Both the position numbers and the translations under genes were made by a program. A stretch of 64,000 nt of DNA from Lingula anatina (taxonomy: Eukaryota > Animalia > Brachiopoda), in the NCBI GenBank assembly GCA_051362555.1, contig CM120645.1:12214001-12278000 (forward strand), given 5' to 3'. Shown piece by piece: positions 38,301 to 50,300 of the stretch. Within the stretch, counting starts at the first letter, position 1. Every line of letters starts with the position of its first letter. The notes under the pieces were generated by a model. That model had not been told where the DNA came from, searched no databases, and saw only the letters and a program-made list of their open reading frames with translations.

Positions 38301-41300
38301 CGCTAAACAATGTACAAATATACAGTGGTTTTCGGACCGCGTACGGCATTTTATCAGAATGCTTAGAAATAAAGACTGCAATTCTGGTCCCATATAATGG
38401 TCCCATTTCTTTTTTCCCTTGGTCTACGACCTTGTTATCATATGTACAGTTTCTCATGTTGATGAACAGTCAAAAATGTGCACGCACAGCATTGGTCAAA
38501 AAGGTTGTCCCCCCTTCAGTATCATGCGTTTTTATTTATGAATGATCCCATCACAGGAGAATATTGTTATAAATAGTGATTTTTATTCCAGATACCATTA
38601 CTAACATGATTAGTGATACAGAAAATACAAACTAGCGGTAAAGATATCAAAATGTATTACCATTTATTCACATTTATTATATTTACCACCTCAAATCCGC
38701 CGTTTCACTGTGATTTTCACAAAGGTAAAGAAATGTCCATTAAATTGAAATGACACTACCAAATATCACCAAATTTTCGCACATTTAGCATTAGAGCGTG
38801 CTCGTTAAAGGCTCCTTGTCTAATAGCGTTTGTCTTTACCGCGTACTGTAATTACCTCCTGTAGGTGTCGCGGCCTGCCTTCAACAAGGGTAATAATTCT
38901 GTTTTATGGGATATTGTCCCATTCTTCCGAAAGAGCTCGGGGTAGTTTGTCCAGATTATCAGGAGTTACGTTTTCTTTCGCACTGCACACTTCAATTCAT
39001 ACCACAAATATTTAATAAGGTTAATAACAGGGCTCAAAGATGGTTGCTCCATCCTCTGAACATTGGGTTTCTGCAACAAATCAATCAGCAGACGAGAATT
39101 GTGAGTAAGTGCATTTCCACGATGATTCCTGCAGTATCCCTGAACTCACCTCTTGCAAATGGAATGAAATATTTGTTGAGAATGTTTCAGTGAATTGCCC
39201 CAGTATCGTTCTTTTCTGGAACAATGTACTAAAAACATGGGCTTAGAAATCTCTCCAAACGTTGACTGACCTTACACCTCAGGCGATATTATTCGCACAA
39301 ACCTACCAAAAGGCATTCTGCAACATGTCTACGGGCCCTAATTTGACCATCGAAGGCATACACGAAATACCTTGATTCTTTAGCAAAGCCAACTTGTTCC
39401 TATAGCTATGGTTGACCAAGTTCTGGTAGTTCTGGGGTCACTAAACCTAACATTCTCATGTGATACCTCATTCCATCTGCAAGAGGGGACTTCGGGGGTG
39501 ATCCAGGCTTCATCATGACAGCACACTTGCACACAGTTCTCATGTGGTGAGTGATTTGTTGCAGAAACCCATTGTTCTGAGGCTGGAAAAACCATTTTTG
39601 AATCCAGATAATAATCCTACTGAACACCCGTGTCATGAATTGAAGTGTGCAATCCAGAGATGAGCCAAATTCCAAATAGTCCGGACCAATTCCGCCAAGC
39701 TTTTTAGAAACATGGGGCAATATCCCACAAAACAGAATTGTTACCCTTGTTGAAGACAAAAGCGCCGTCTACAGGGAATCACAGTACACGGTAAACACAC
39801 ACACTAATTGTGATGTTCTTTAAGATGTTCTTAGATTCAAACCAACAAGACACCAAGTCTGATTTCACAGCACCATACTTTATTTTCAAGTCTCCAGTAT
39901 TCTCCCGAGATCGCAACACTGATATTCTCTAACACAATACTGAGCTACTACACATATACTACATCTCTCCCTCTTGAGATATGCACCACAATGACTTTAA
40001 ATGTGGAATTTTTTTTTTACTTATATAATGACAAAACTAAATAAACTAAATGTTACAAATACTCAGAGGCACTCTAAATAATCACTTCAGAGTGTAAACA
40101 GATCAACAATTCTCATTAATCCATTAACAGTCCTTGGTCATCTTACATGTAAGACAATATGTCTCTAGAAAATTTTAATGACAGTAATATTTCTCAGTCA
40201 AGTGTAAGTTAGTCTCTCATGTGCTTTGCGCTCCCTTTGTGGATATCTGCGAACTGGTTGTTGATCAACAGTAGGACTAGCCTCAACATCATCAGATACA
40301 AATGTACTGCTAGCTTCAGATTTGTCAGGTAATTTTGCATCACTATTGTCCATTGTATCACTTGATTCATGCTCAATTTGAACAGGTTCTGAATAAAACC
40401 TTGGCTCAGGTTGCTCAAATTCAGTCTTTGTTTGATTATCAGATTCAACATTTTCTCTTGAAGGTAGTGTCACATTAACTTCATCAGAAAATGGCATTTC
40501 ATTTGAAACAGTGGAACCAATTATATGATCAATATGCACAAAGCGATTCGATCTTCCAATTTGTACAACATATGTCTGAAGTCCACAAACTTTCACAATG
40601 CAACCAGAAACCCATTTCTCTTGCCCCCCTCTGAAATTGCGAACTCTGACCTTATCATACAGGTTAAAGTGACGCGACTTGGGATGTTTGTCATGATACT
40701 GACATTGCTTTTCCTGTTTTGTTTCAACAGACATAGAAAGGCTGGGTTTCAAAAGAGAAAATTTTGACCTAATCTGACGCTTCATGAACAATTCAGATGG
40801 ACTGACACCAGTTGTTGAATGCGGAGTTATTCTATACAGCATCATTAACTGGGATAATCTCAGACTCCGGGAACCTTCCCTATTCTCTAACATATGGTTT
40901 GATAGCCCTTGTTTGACAACTTGCACTGAACGCTCAGCGGCACCATTCGTGCTTCACATTCATTTTACAGAATTTACGAAACTCCCCTGAGGTAAACTGT
41001 GGTCCATTATCTGACACAATAATCTCAGGCAAACCTGCTCTTGCAAACCACGAACGTAAAACATCAATTGTTTTCGAAGCAGTAGTAGATTGCATTTCTT
41101 CTACTTCTATCCACTTCGAATATGCATCAATCAGTATCAAATAAGAACGATTGTCTTTCTCAAAGAAATCAATATGGACCCTCTCCCACACACGTGAAGG
41201 GAAAGACCATGGGATCAGTGGTGCAACAGCTGGCAAGGCTCTGTTTGATTGACATTCATCACATCCAGAGACCAAAGACTCAATTCCAGAATCTAGTCCA

Positions 41301-44300
41301 GGCCACCACAAGTACCCTCTAGCTAAGGACTTCATTCTAACAATCCCATGATGTTCTTCGTGTAATTCACGAATTAAACGGTCACGATAACAAGGTGGTA
41401 TGATGACACGTAATCCCCTAAGTATGCAACCTTGGTCAACAATAAGTTCATTTCCGCGTCTAAAGTAAGGCATCAAAGAATCATCTTTGACATAGCTTGG
41501 CCAACCATTAAGAGTGAAATCATACACTCTGGACAAGACTGGGTCCTTCATGGTGGCTTTGCTAATATCACTCGCTTTCACAGGTAATTCTTCTGTGAAA
41601 GACACACAATGGACAACAAACTCGTTATCCTCACTAGGCTCAGAATTTTTATTTGGTAACCGTGAAAAGCAATCTGCACTTGCATTGTCAGCAGACTTTC
41701 TATATTTTATCTTGTAATTGTAAGCTGACAGAATCAAACTCCAGCGTTGCATTCTAGCTGCAGCTAATGACGGTATACCAGTATGTGAATTGAATATTTT
41801 CACAAGAGGCAGATGGTCTGTAATAAGAGTAAACTCTCTTCCATATAAATACATGTGGAATTTCTTCACACCAAATATGATGGCTAAAGCCTCTTTCTCA
41901 ATTTGAGCATAATTCTTTTTTGCTTTAGAAAGAGTACGAGAGGCTGTTTCAATGGGGCGTTCAGAACCATCTTCCATAATATGACTTATGACTGCACCAA
42001 TCCCCACTGATGATGCATCACAAGCTAATACGATTGGCCGTTTTGGATCATAGGGTGTGAGACATGACTCTGCAGAAATAGCAGACTTGGCAGCATTAAA
42101 TACAGCATCACACTCCTTTGTCCAGTTCCACTCTACATTTTTGCTTAAGAGCCTGTTTAGTGTGGACACCTGAGTAGACATGTTCTTTATGAATTTCCCA
42201 TAAAAGTTTAACATTCCCAGGAATGACTTGAGCTCTGAAACATTTTCAGGCTTGGGCATATTCATGATATTTTCTATGTTCTTGGCACTTGGATGTATAC
42301 CACTTTCATCCAGTGTATGACCAAGAATATCAATACGTTTCTGAATGAAACTACACTTTGACAAACGCGCACGGATATTGTACTGACGGAGTCTCTGCAG
42401 CACACGTTGTAGTGCTATGTAATGTTCTTCTACTGTGTCAGTAGTGATGAGTATATCATCAATAGAACAAGCAGCCTCCTCAATACCATCCAACACTTGA
42501 TCCATAACGCGTTGAAACTGCTGCGGAGCAGTCGTAATACCATGCGGCATTCGCTCTGGGCGTAACAAACCAATCAAAGTGTTAATCGTGAGATATTGTT
42601 TTGACTTCTCACTCAATTTTAACTGGGAAAATGCTTCGCGCAAATCTATTTTAGATCTGAATTTCCCTTTTGCATGTTTGGCTAGTACTGATTGAATAGT
42701 TGGGAGTGGATATGGGTCTTTGTCTAGTACTGTATTAACTGTGACCTTATAGTCACCACATAACCTCAGATCCCCTGATGGTTTTACAACAGTGACTTGT
42801 GGACTCGCCCACTTACTACTTTCTACTTTGGTATAATGACCCTTCTCAACTGCCTCCAACAGCTGAGATTTGACCTTATCTTGCAGAGGGTAGGGTACAC
42901 TATAAGCTTTCTTGAATATGGGAGTTGTACCTTCAGGAATGTAAACATCTGCTTCAAAACCTTTGATTGACCCTTGACTTGGAGCAAATACATCTTTGTA
43001 TTGTGACAGAAGTGACTTTAACTTTGGGTCACTCTGTACAGAAAAGACATTGGACCAATCTAACTTATTTTCTCTAACCAGTTTTGCCCCAACAATGCAG
43101 GTTTAGATCCCTCCACCACTACTAATGGTAGGTCTACAGACTGGTCATTGTAACTCACTGTGACTGTTATTTCCCACAATAAATTAAGAGGATTGCCGCA
43201 ATAAGATGTGAGATGCAAATCTGATTGACGTAAAGGGTGATCTTTGAACTTTGATTCATACAAATCTTGACCAATCAACGTGACAGACGCACCAGTATCT
43301 AGCTTAAAGTCAATAGACTGTGAGCTAACCTGTAAAGCAACAATATACTTGCTATATTTATTTTCATTTACAGTACTGATAGGAGCATGACCAGGTTTTG
43401 TTTTGTTCTCTTTACTTCTGCATTTGATTTGGAAATGGTTCAACTTGTTACATTTTCTGCAGATTTTACCCTTGGCAGGACAAACTCCGTTGTGTGGGTA
43501 CTCTCCACCGCAGAACCAACACTCCCTGAAACCCTGTTTTGGCTGTGTTTTGAACTTGTTATGACTTGGCTTGTGTGGTTTAGGTGCTTGGGCTTGTGCT
43601 GATTTTTTCACGGCATAGACTGTGGAAGGACTGGTATCGCCCTCCATAATATGGGACCTTTGCTCAGACAGCTCTAAAGCTCTAGCATGTGTAAGCAAGT
43701 TATTCAGTGTGAGAGTCTGGTCACTGAGAGCTTTTCTTCTCAACTTATGGGATGTACATCCTTGAATAATCTGTGACTTTATCTCTCTGTCCAAATTTTC
43801 AAATCCACAGTTGGCTCCTATTTGTCTTAGTTTGATATGGTATGAATCAATTGTTTCACTAGGTTCTTGCTTACAGCTTCGAAATTTGAAAATTTCAAAC
43901 TCAGGATTATGATGAGGTCTTACGTACTGTCCAAAAGAAGCTACTGCATCTTCATATGAGTCCCCTCTGTCTGGCAGATTCTCAAAAATGTCTAAAAATT
44001 CCTCACCAGCTAAATGTAAAAACATGGCTCTCTTCTGTTGCGAGTTTTTGATGTTCAATGCAACCATAAGGTTTTCAAATCTTTCCTTCCATTTTCCCCA
44101 TCTTTTAAAGACGGTGTTCGGTTCCTGTCTGATGATGAAAGGTGGAAAAGTTGGTATATGCGTCAAGTTTACTGCTTGGGGTTCTTCCTCCTCGACAATT
44201 CCTTGTCGCCAATGTGATGTTCTTTAAGATGTTCTTAGATTCAAACCAACAAGACACCAAGTCTAATTTCACAGCACCATACTTTATTTTCAAGTCTCCA

Positions 44301-47300
44301 GTATTCTCCCGAGATCACAACACTGATATTCTCTAACACAATACTGAGCTACTACACATATACTACACTAATAGACACGTGACTTTTAACGAGCACACCC
44401 TAATGCTAAATGTTTGTAAATTTGGTGACATTTGGTGGTGTCAATTCAATTTAATGGGCATTTCTTCACCTCCGTGGAAATGGCAGTGGAACATCGGATT
44501 TGAGGGGGTACATGTAATAATTGTGAATAAATGGTATTTAATATGGATATCTTAACCGCTAGTTTGCATTTTCTGTACCACTAATCATGTTAGTTATGGT
44601 ATATGGAATGAAAATCACCATTTATAGTAATTTACTCCTGTGATGTGATGATTTATAAATAAAAGCACATGAAACCGGGGGTGGGACAACCTTTTTGACC
44701 AATGTTGTATGTATAATTACCAAGATATCAGCAACACACCCGCCTATCAATGTGTCTTCGTCTATATTCTCCATTAAGGCAGCAGCTTCCCCAGTGGCTC
44801 CATCTAGGACATAGTTGGTGCAGAAAGTCTGGGCCAGCTCTTCAGTCCAGCCATTTGTCCAGGTAAAAGTCTGAAACAATGATTTAGAGCTCAGCGTTAA
44901 AGCAATTCTCAATAATAATATTTAACAATCGACCGCCCGATGACAAACAAAAAAAAAATAAAATGGTTTGACAAATATTAAAAGCTTCCATCAGGAACCT
45001 TCATGCAATTTCTCAATGAACCAACAAACATCAACCAATAGTATTACGCGAAACGTTGATAATTAATTATTATTATCATTCGGCCCTAATTTGGATTTTT
45101 GGCCAGATGTTTTTACCCATTTTTTTATTTATAACAAACGTATAAGAAAAAACTTCCTTACGATGTTGCTTGGATCATAGTCTTCCTCCGAAAATGATCG
45201 GTCTTCAAGGATATAATCACTTCCTTCAGGGTCTTCTCTCCTCTGTCTACAACGTCCATACTGTTCTCCAGTTATTTCCGCCTTTTCATTGGAACAAGGT
45301 GCAGCATTCTTTAAATAGCCACAGCTAGCGAACAGAATTGTTTCGTCACATGCGCAGTAAGGAAAACGTTTTTGTTGTGTTTCCACCGTCCCAGTGTACA
45401 GACTTTCATTTTTTTCAAGAACTCTGTCAACAGAAGAGAATTCAAAAGATTCTAAAATAAACAACACATCGAAATGTGTGCTAATCATAGCGATTGAAAG
45501 CTACGAATTAAGCAGAGGTGTTGCTGATCTTTAGATCCGTTTCATTTTTTCATTTGACATTGCGCAAAGTGTCAGAGCCAACGTGAACGTGCAATGTAAA
45601 CGGTAAAGGGTCAAACATTTGCCATACGGAGTTTATATTGCCTGCAATGTATCTTGACTGGTAAAAGATAACACACTTACCGCCAGGACTCTCTGAATGC
45701 TTTTTCGTCATCTAGGAGCAGATTACCTGCCCTATTATGAAAGTCGTCAGTTGTATTGAAGTTTAAAGTACCACATAGCCCTAAAGTGTTTCTATAATCA
45801 AGTGCGCTGGGGTAAATGTGAATATGATTTATTCTAGTATTTGACCACGAATTTGAGACAGAGACGTCGACGTGACCGCCAGTGGGTAAATGGATCTAAA
45901 AATAAAGAAGGATAACATTTGTATCTTTCACCTTGGCTCCTTTCTTGCTGCCGATGCGTTCGTGTTAACGACATTTGGAAGTCATTAGGACATGATCATA
46001 AATTGTAATTTTCGTTTGGAACAGAGAGGCACATGTCCGCTGTGACCACCTGGTTCTGCTATGATCACAGTTAGCTTTCTTTATTTGGCCAACCATTTGG
46101 GATCCTGATACAATCTAAAGTGGGTGTATGGGCAACTCTGTCATTATATATGAAATTAGTCTTAAATGCTGTGTTCTAAATTCTGTTCAGATTACCGATT
46201 AATGATTGATTTTTTTCCATCAAATTTCTCTTCCCTGCCTTTTACGATTTATAAGTATTTGTATATTACAGTGAATGGAATACACCAGTGTGTTTTGACA
46301 GGTAAAAACGTTGGTGTTCTTCATATTTATAGATTATGCACCTACTTTGTAAAGTCGCCCGTCTTGAAGTTGTTCAATGCGCATGGTTTCCCTCTCACAG
46401 CCGATCATGGCAATTCGACCTTGTATCTCGGTTTGCTTACAGTAGTCAATTATGAATACATCGCTTTCAGACTTTACGGCCACTCCACAGTTACAAAATG
46501 GTGGATGTTTATTGTTGTAGCAGCTTTGGAAGAATGCATTTACCTACCAATATTAAAAAAGGAGCAATCTAATTTTCTGTGCAGACATCTGATTTCGATT
46601 AAAAAACATGTATGCACTTCCCCTTTGCTCAAAAATCACTTTTAAAATGTAGTTTCCATCCAAATAAGTTGAAAGACAATTCACGGTATTGTATATGTAC
46701 GTGACCTATAATGGTAATTGTTACAACTATGACGCAAAAAGGTAAAGTTCATATACGGAATGTCAAGAACAATTTACACTGCAATATGTTATCATGTTTA
46801 AACAACTTAAAAATTCACGACAAAGAGTATGGGGTTGGTTTTACAAAAGAATTTGATCTTCAAAGCTGGCCCCCGTTTCACAAAGAATCTTAAATCCGTA
46901 GACGTCTTACTCGAGCTGGGCGGCCTAGCTAGGTCGACTTAGCTGAAGTCGACTTGGAGTGTTTCACAAAGAATCTAACGTCTTAGCTAGGCGTGCTTAC
47001 CGTAGTCGACGCGCACGAGAAACTCTTCAAGAAAAGGAGGTGTAAAATATGAAAAGTTTCACAAGACATGACGTTTCATGGCCTCTTTCGGCCGAGAACG
47101 ATCGTTTATCAACAATAAAAGTCAGCCAAAACACAAACAAAGTTTGTTTTTGAACTTTATTGATAAGTTTAACTTCAATACAACTTCAAAGTAACAGTTA
47201 AACATAAGCTTGTCGTGGAACACTACTGAGGGACGTCTAGCGGTCAAAAATATAAACAAACTCGCGATCGGCTGGGTAAAGTGGAATTTTATTTTTTATT

Positions 47301-50300
47301 TTAATATTCCATAAATGTCAGTGCTATTCAAGGATATTATAACACAATATCTTGAAGGAGGTATGTTCTTTCCAAATTTTTGTTGTTTATGCTCTCATTT
47401 ACCGAGTTTTAGTTGAGCTTGCCGACTTAAGTCTCCTCCCGAGGAGGCTTGACATCGTCGACTTACAGCTAAGAAAAAAACGACGTAAGCGACCTTTTAG
47501 ATTCTTTGTGAAACGGGACTTAGTGACGTAACGACTTAATTACGTTGGTAACCAAGCCCTAAGTCAGGGAAACCGACTTAAGATTTTTTGTGAAACGGGG
47601 GCCTGGTCTACGTCTGTTCAAGATAAATGCACAGTGCTCTACGTTAATCCATCAAGTCTCACCTCCATTCATTTAATTTGAGTACTTACTGAATTTGGGT
47701 CGATACAGGCTTTACTTTTGTCTATTAGGCAGTTTTTCTTTTTAATAACCTGTTTCTCAAGCTCCGCCGACATCAAAATGGCCAAAATAGAAAAAAAATA
47801 AAATTGAAATCAAAAATATTTTTATTTTTTCCCCGACTTCCGACTGATCGTACTGTTCGATCGTAAACACGAAACTTAACAAGTTTCACTGGACTCCCGC
47901 GTCACATGACTGCCTACAAGTTCAAAACGAAGGGTATTTAAGCCAAAGTAAACAATTGGTTCATTTCCCCCAGCTTCCGGTTTTTAAGCCAATCAATGCT
48001 TCGCTGATATTTTACACTGCATTTGTCAATTAATGCAACATGGCGGGAGACGCATACTGGAGTAGCTTTCTCTACTTAAGCAGGAAATTGACCACTGTTG
48101 TGTGGCTCAGTGTTATAGTGAAGGAAGGACCAAAGATTTTATGCAAAAAGGTCTGTCCGGCCAGTGTTACAGACGTTTTAGGCCATTTTATTGACTGCTT
48201 TCTGTCAGAAATGAAAATTTCAACTGCAACACTTGTCACGTGTGGAAGGTTTCAACAGGGAGCAAAAATAGGTTCTGAACTGAATGTAAGAATGCCGGTC
48301 ACTACGGTGGTAGATATTGACATTAAGTGCATTCAGACAACAGTTGGCAGTGAACATCAAAAGATGCAGGCTCAACTAAACTCTCCGAGAACATCCAAAT
48401 ACAGAGCGCATTGGATTTTTAATGCAGCACTCGCGTAGGCCTACTTCTGAAAGTCTCCAGAAATGATGTGAGTATTTTTTTTTCGTTTTATCAGTCTAGA
48501 GTGTCATAGTTTTTTAAGGTGAATGTATTTTAGGCATTGATATGTTGGTAAATAAATGTCCTTTTTTGCACTTTCACAAAAGCGTATGTTAAATGCTAAT
48601 TGCTCGCTCACAACAGCAGATGTTTCTATACTGAAGCAATGTGTCTTTGACATTTTTTTTTTATTAAATTAAGGCAGGTAATAGCTGTAAACTATCATGT
48701 GCTTTGGATAATGAGCCTGTCAACATGAATTCATAGTTCAATTAAGTTTTCCACCAAGTTTTTAAGGCGTATATAGATATTAAGTTTAACCATGCCTGTA
48801 TCCAGCAATTTCAAAAGAAGGTTCTTTTTCTGAAAAAGTGAATCATTTAATTACCATAAAACCTTCATGCACCTAGATCAGTTTTGATCCAGAGCAGACC
48901 TTTTCCTGATAAAAAGGGTGGATCATTCAATAATATTGAATAAGTTAAGTTGTTGCTGCCAGTTAGATTTAATAAAAATTAAGACCACAGTTCCATAACA
49001 GGCCATATTACCCTTGCTGGTTTTTGTATTTTCAACAATCTGGCTAAGCAATTGTTTGCTGTCTTTTGAATTATACAATTCCTATGCAGCTAAGAGAAGG
49101 CACACATCCAACTCAGTTAACTTATCTGAAATATTTTTTTTAGTGAATCCCCAAGTAATGCAAGGCAGGCAATGTATAATTCCACCTTGCAAGTAGTGGA
49201 AGACTTCAATTTTTTTCTTCGGGCTGGACAGGCCAAAAATCTTGGAAAAAGCATAGCAGAGACACTGACAGAGGAGCTATGGTATAGAAGCCCATATGCA
49301 GAGTGAGACTGGCTAGTTTAGTGCAGCTGCCATAGTGACCATTTAAGGAAGGCCATTTAATAAGATGATTCTCAAACTTATTGAAAGATTCAAAGGTCTG
49401 AAATATAGCCTGATTGGATTCTTTTTATGGAAGTTATGCTGTTTTTATGAAATGGTCATTTTTCATATACATGTATTGGTATTTTCAGTGTGGGACTTGG
49501 AACTCACGTGGGCATGAAGCCATATTGTTTCTGGATGACCATGTTACATGAAGTAGATAATTTAAATTTGATGATTTTCCACTTAATCATTAAATCATAC
49601 ATAATATTGCATCAAGATTGACAAAAAACTGTTTAGTGCAATGCCATCGTGAATGCATAGAAAGGCAAACTGTGTTTTTTGTTTTGTAATTTACAAGAAT
49701 GATTCGTTGAATTGACATTCATTTAGACAAATAAAACATTGAAAAGGAATTGCTGTTTTTATCCAAAAATTGCAATACTGTGTTAAAACCAGTATTTACC
49801 ATTGTCTAATGTAGTTTTGAAAATGAGTGACCAAAAAGTCATTATTTTGAAAAATATTTTTTATTTTTCCCCCCTCCGACCTCTGACAAAAATAAAAATC
49901 GTTCGAGAAACAGGTAATTAAAAAAAACTGCCTTATTGAACAGTGCAAGCACTTTGCAAAAAGAAGGTTGACTTCAAACTCCCCTTTTGGTAATGGAAAT
50001 GGAGAGAGGGAGAAGGGGATTTCGTGTTGCAAAGTTGATATTAAAGGCCTACTGTGCTCTAGGAACACAGAGCGTTCACTGCTTTTTTTTACAGTATAAA
50101 AACTATATATCGACGTCAAAAAATTGTTCTTCTTAAGTTTTAGAGAGAAAAGATAAGATTTAGATGAGAAAATTCTGATTGGTCAGTTTCTAGTGACGTA
50201 ACCTGGGTAGTAGCTTCCTACAGCTGTACTAGTAATAGTATATGCTATGCAGTAGGTGACTAAACATCCAGGTGTCAGAAAAACAAAATGCCGCAAAGTT

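Larger units (their letters stand above)
39809..44367 (-). mobile_element. Ty3/Gypsy LTR retrotransposon (Mag-like), both LTRs present, ORF disrupted
   Basis: 155-bp LTRs at 39809-39963 and 44213-44367 (TG..CA, 2 mismatches); TSD CTAAT; PBS TGGCGACAAGGA at 44211-44200; PPT AAGAGGGAGAGA; domain order gag-PR-RT-RH-IN. Confidence 0.97.
38488..44706. mobile_element. Palindromic Tc1-derived element (~1.66 kb net), interrupted by a Gypsy
   Basis: Termini CA(G/A)CATTGGTCAAAAAGGTTGTCCC; arm 38488-~39205 is inverted against ~39430-39808 plus 44368-44706; each arm holds a decayed Tc1 transposase C-terminus. Confidence 0.85.

Noticed and set aside
48040-48438. 132-aa ORF inside the Zator-like element
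   Set aside because: No transposase motif recognisable; left unannotated
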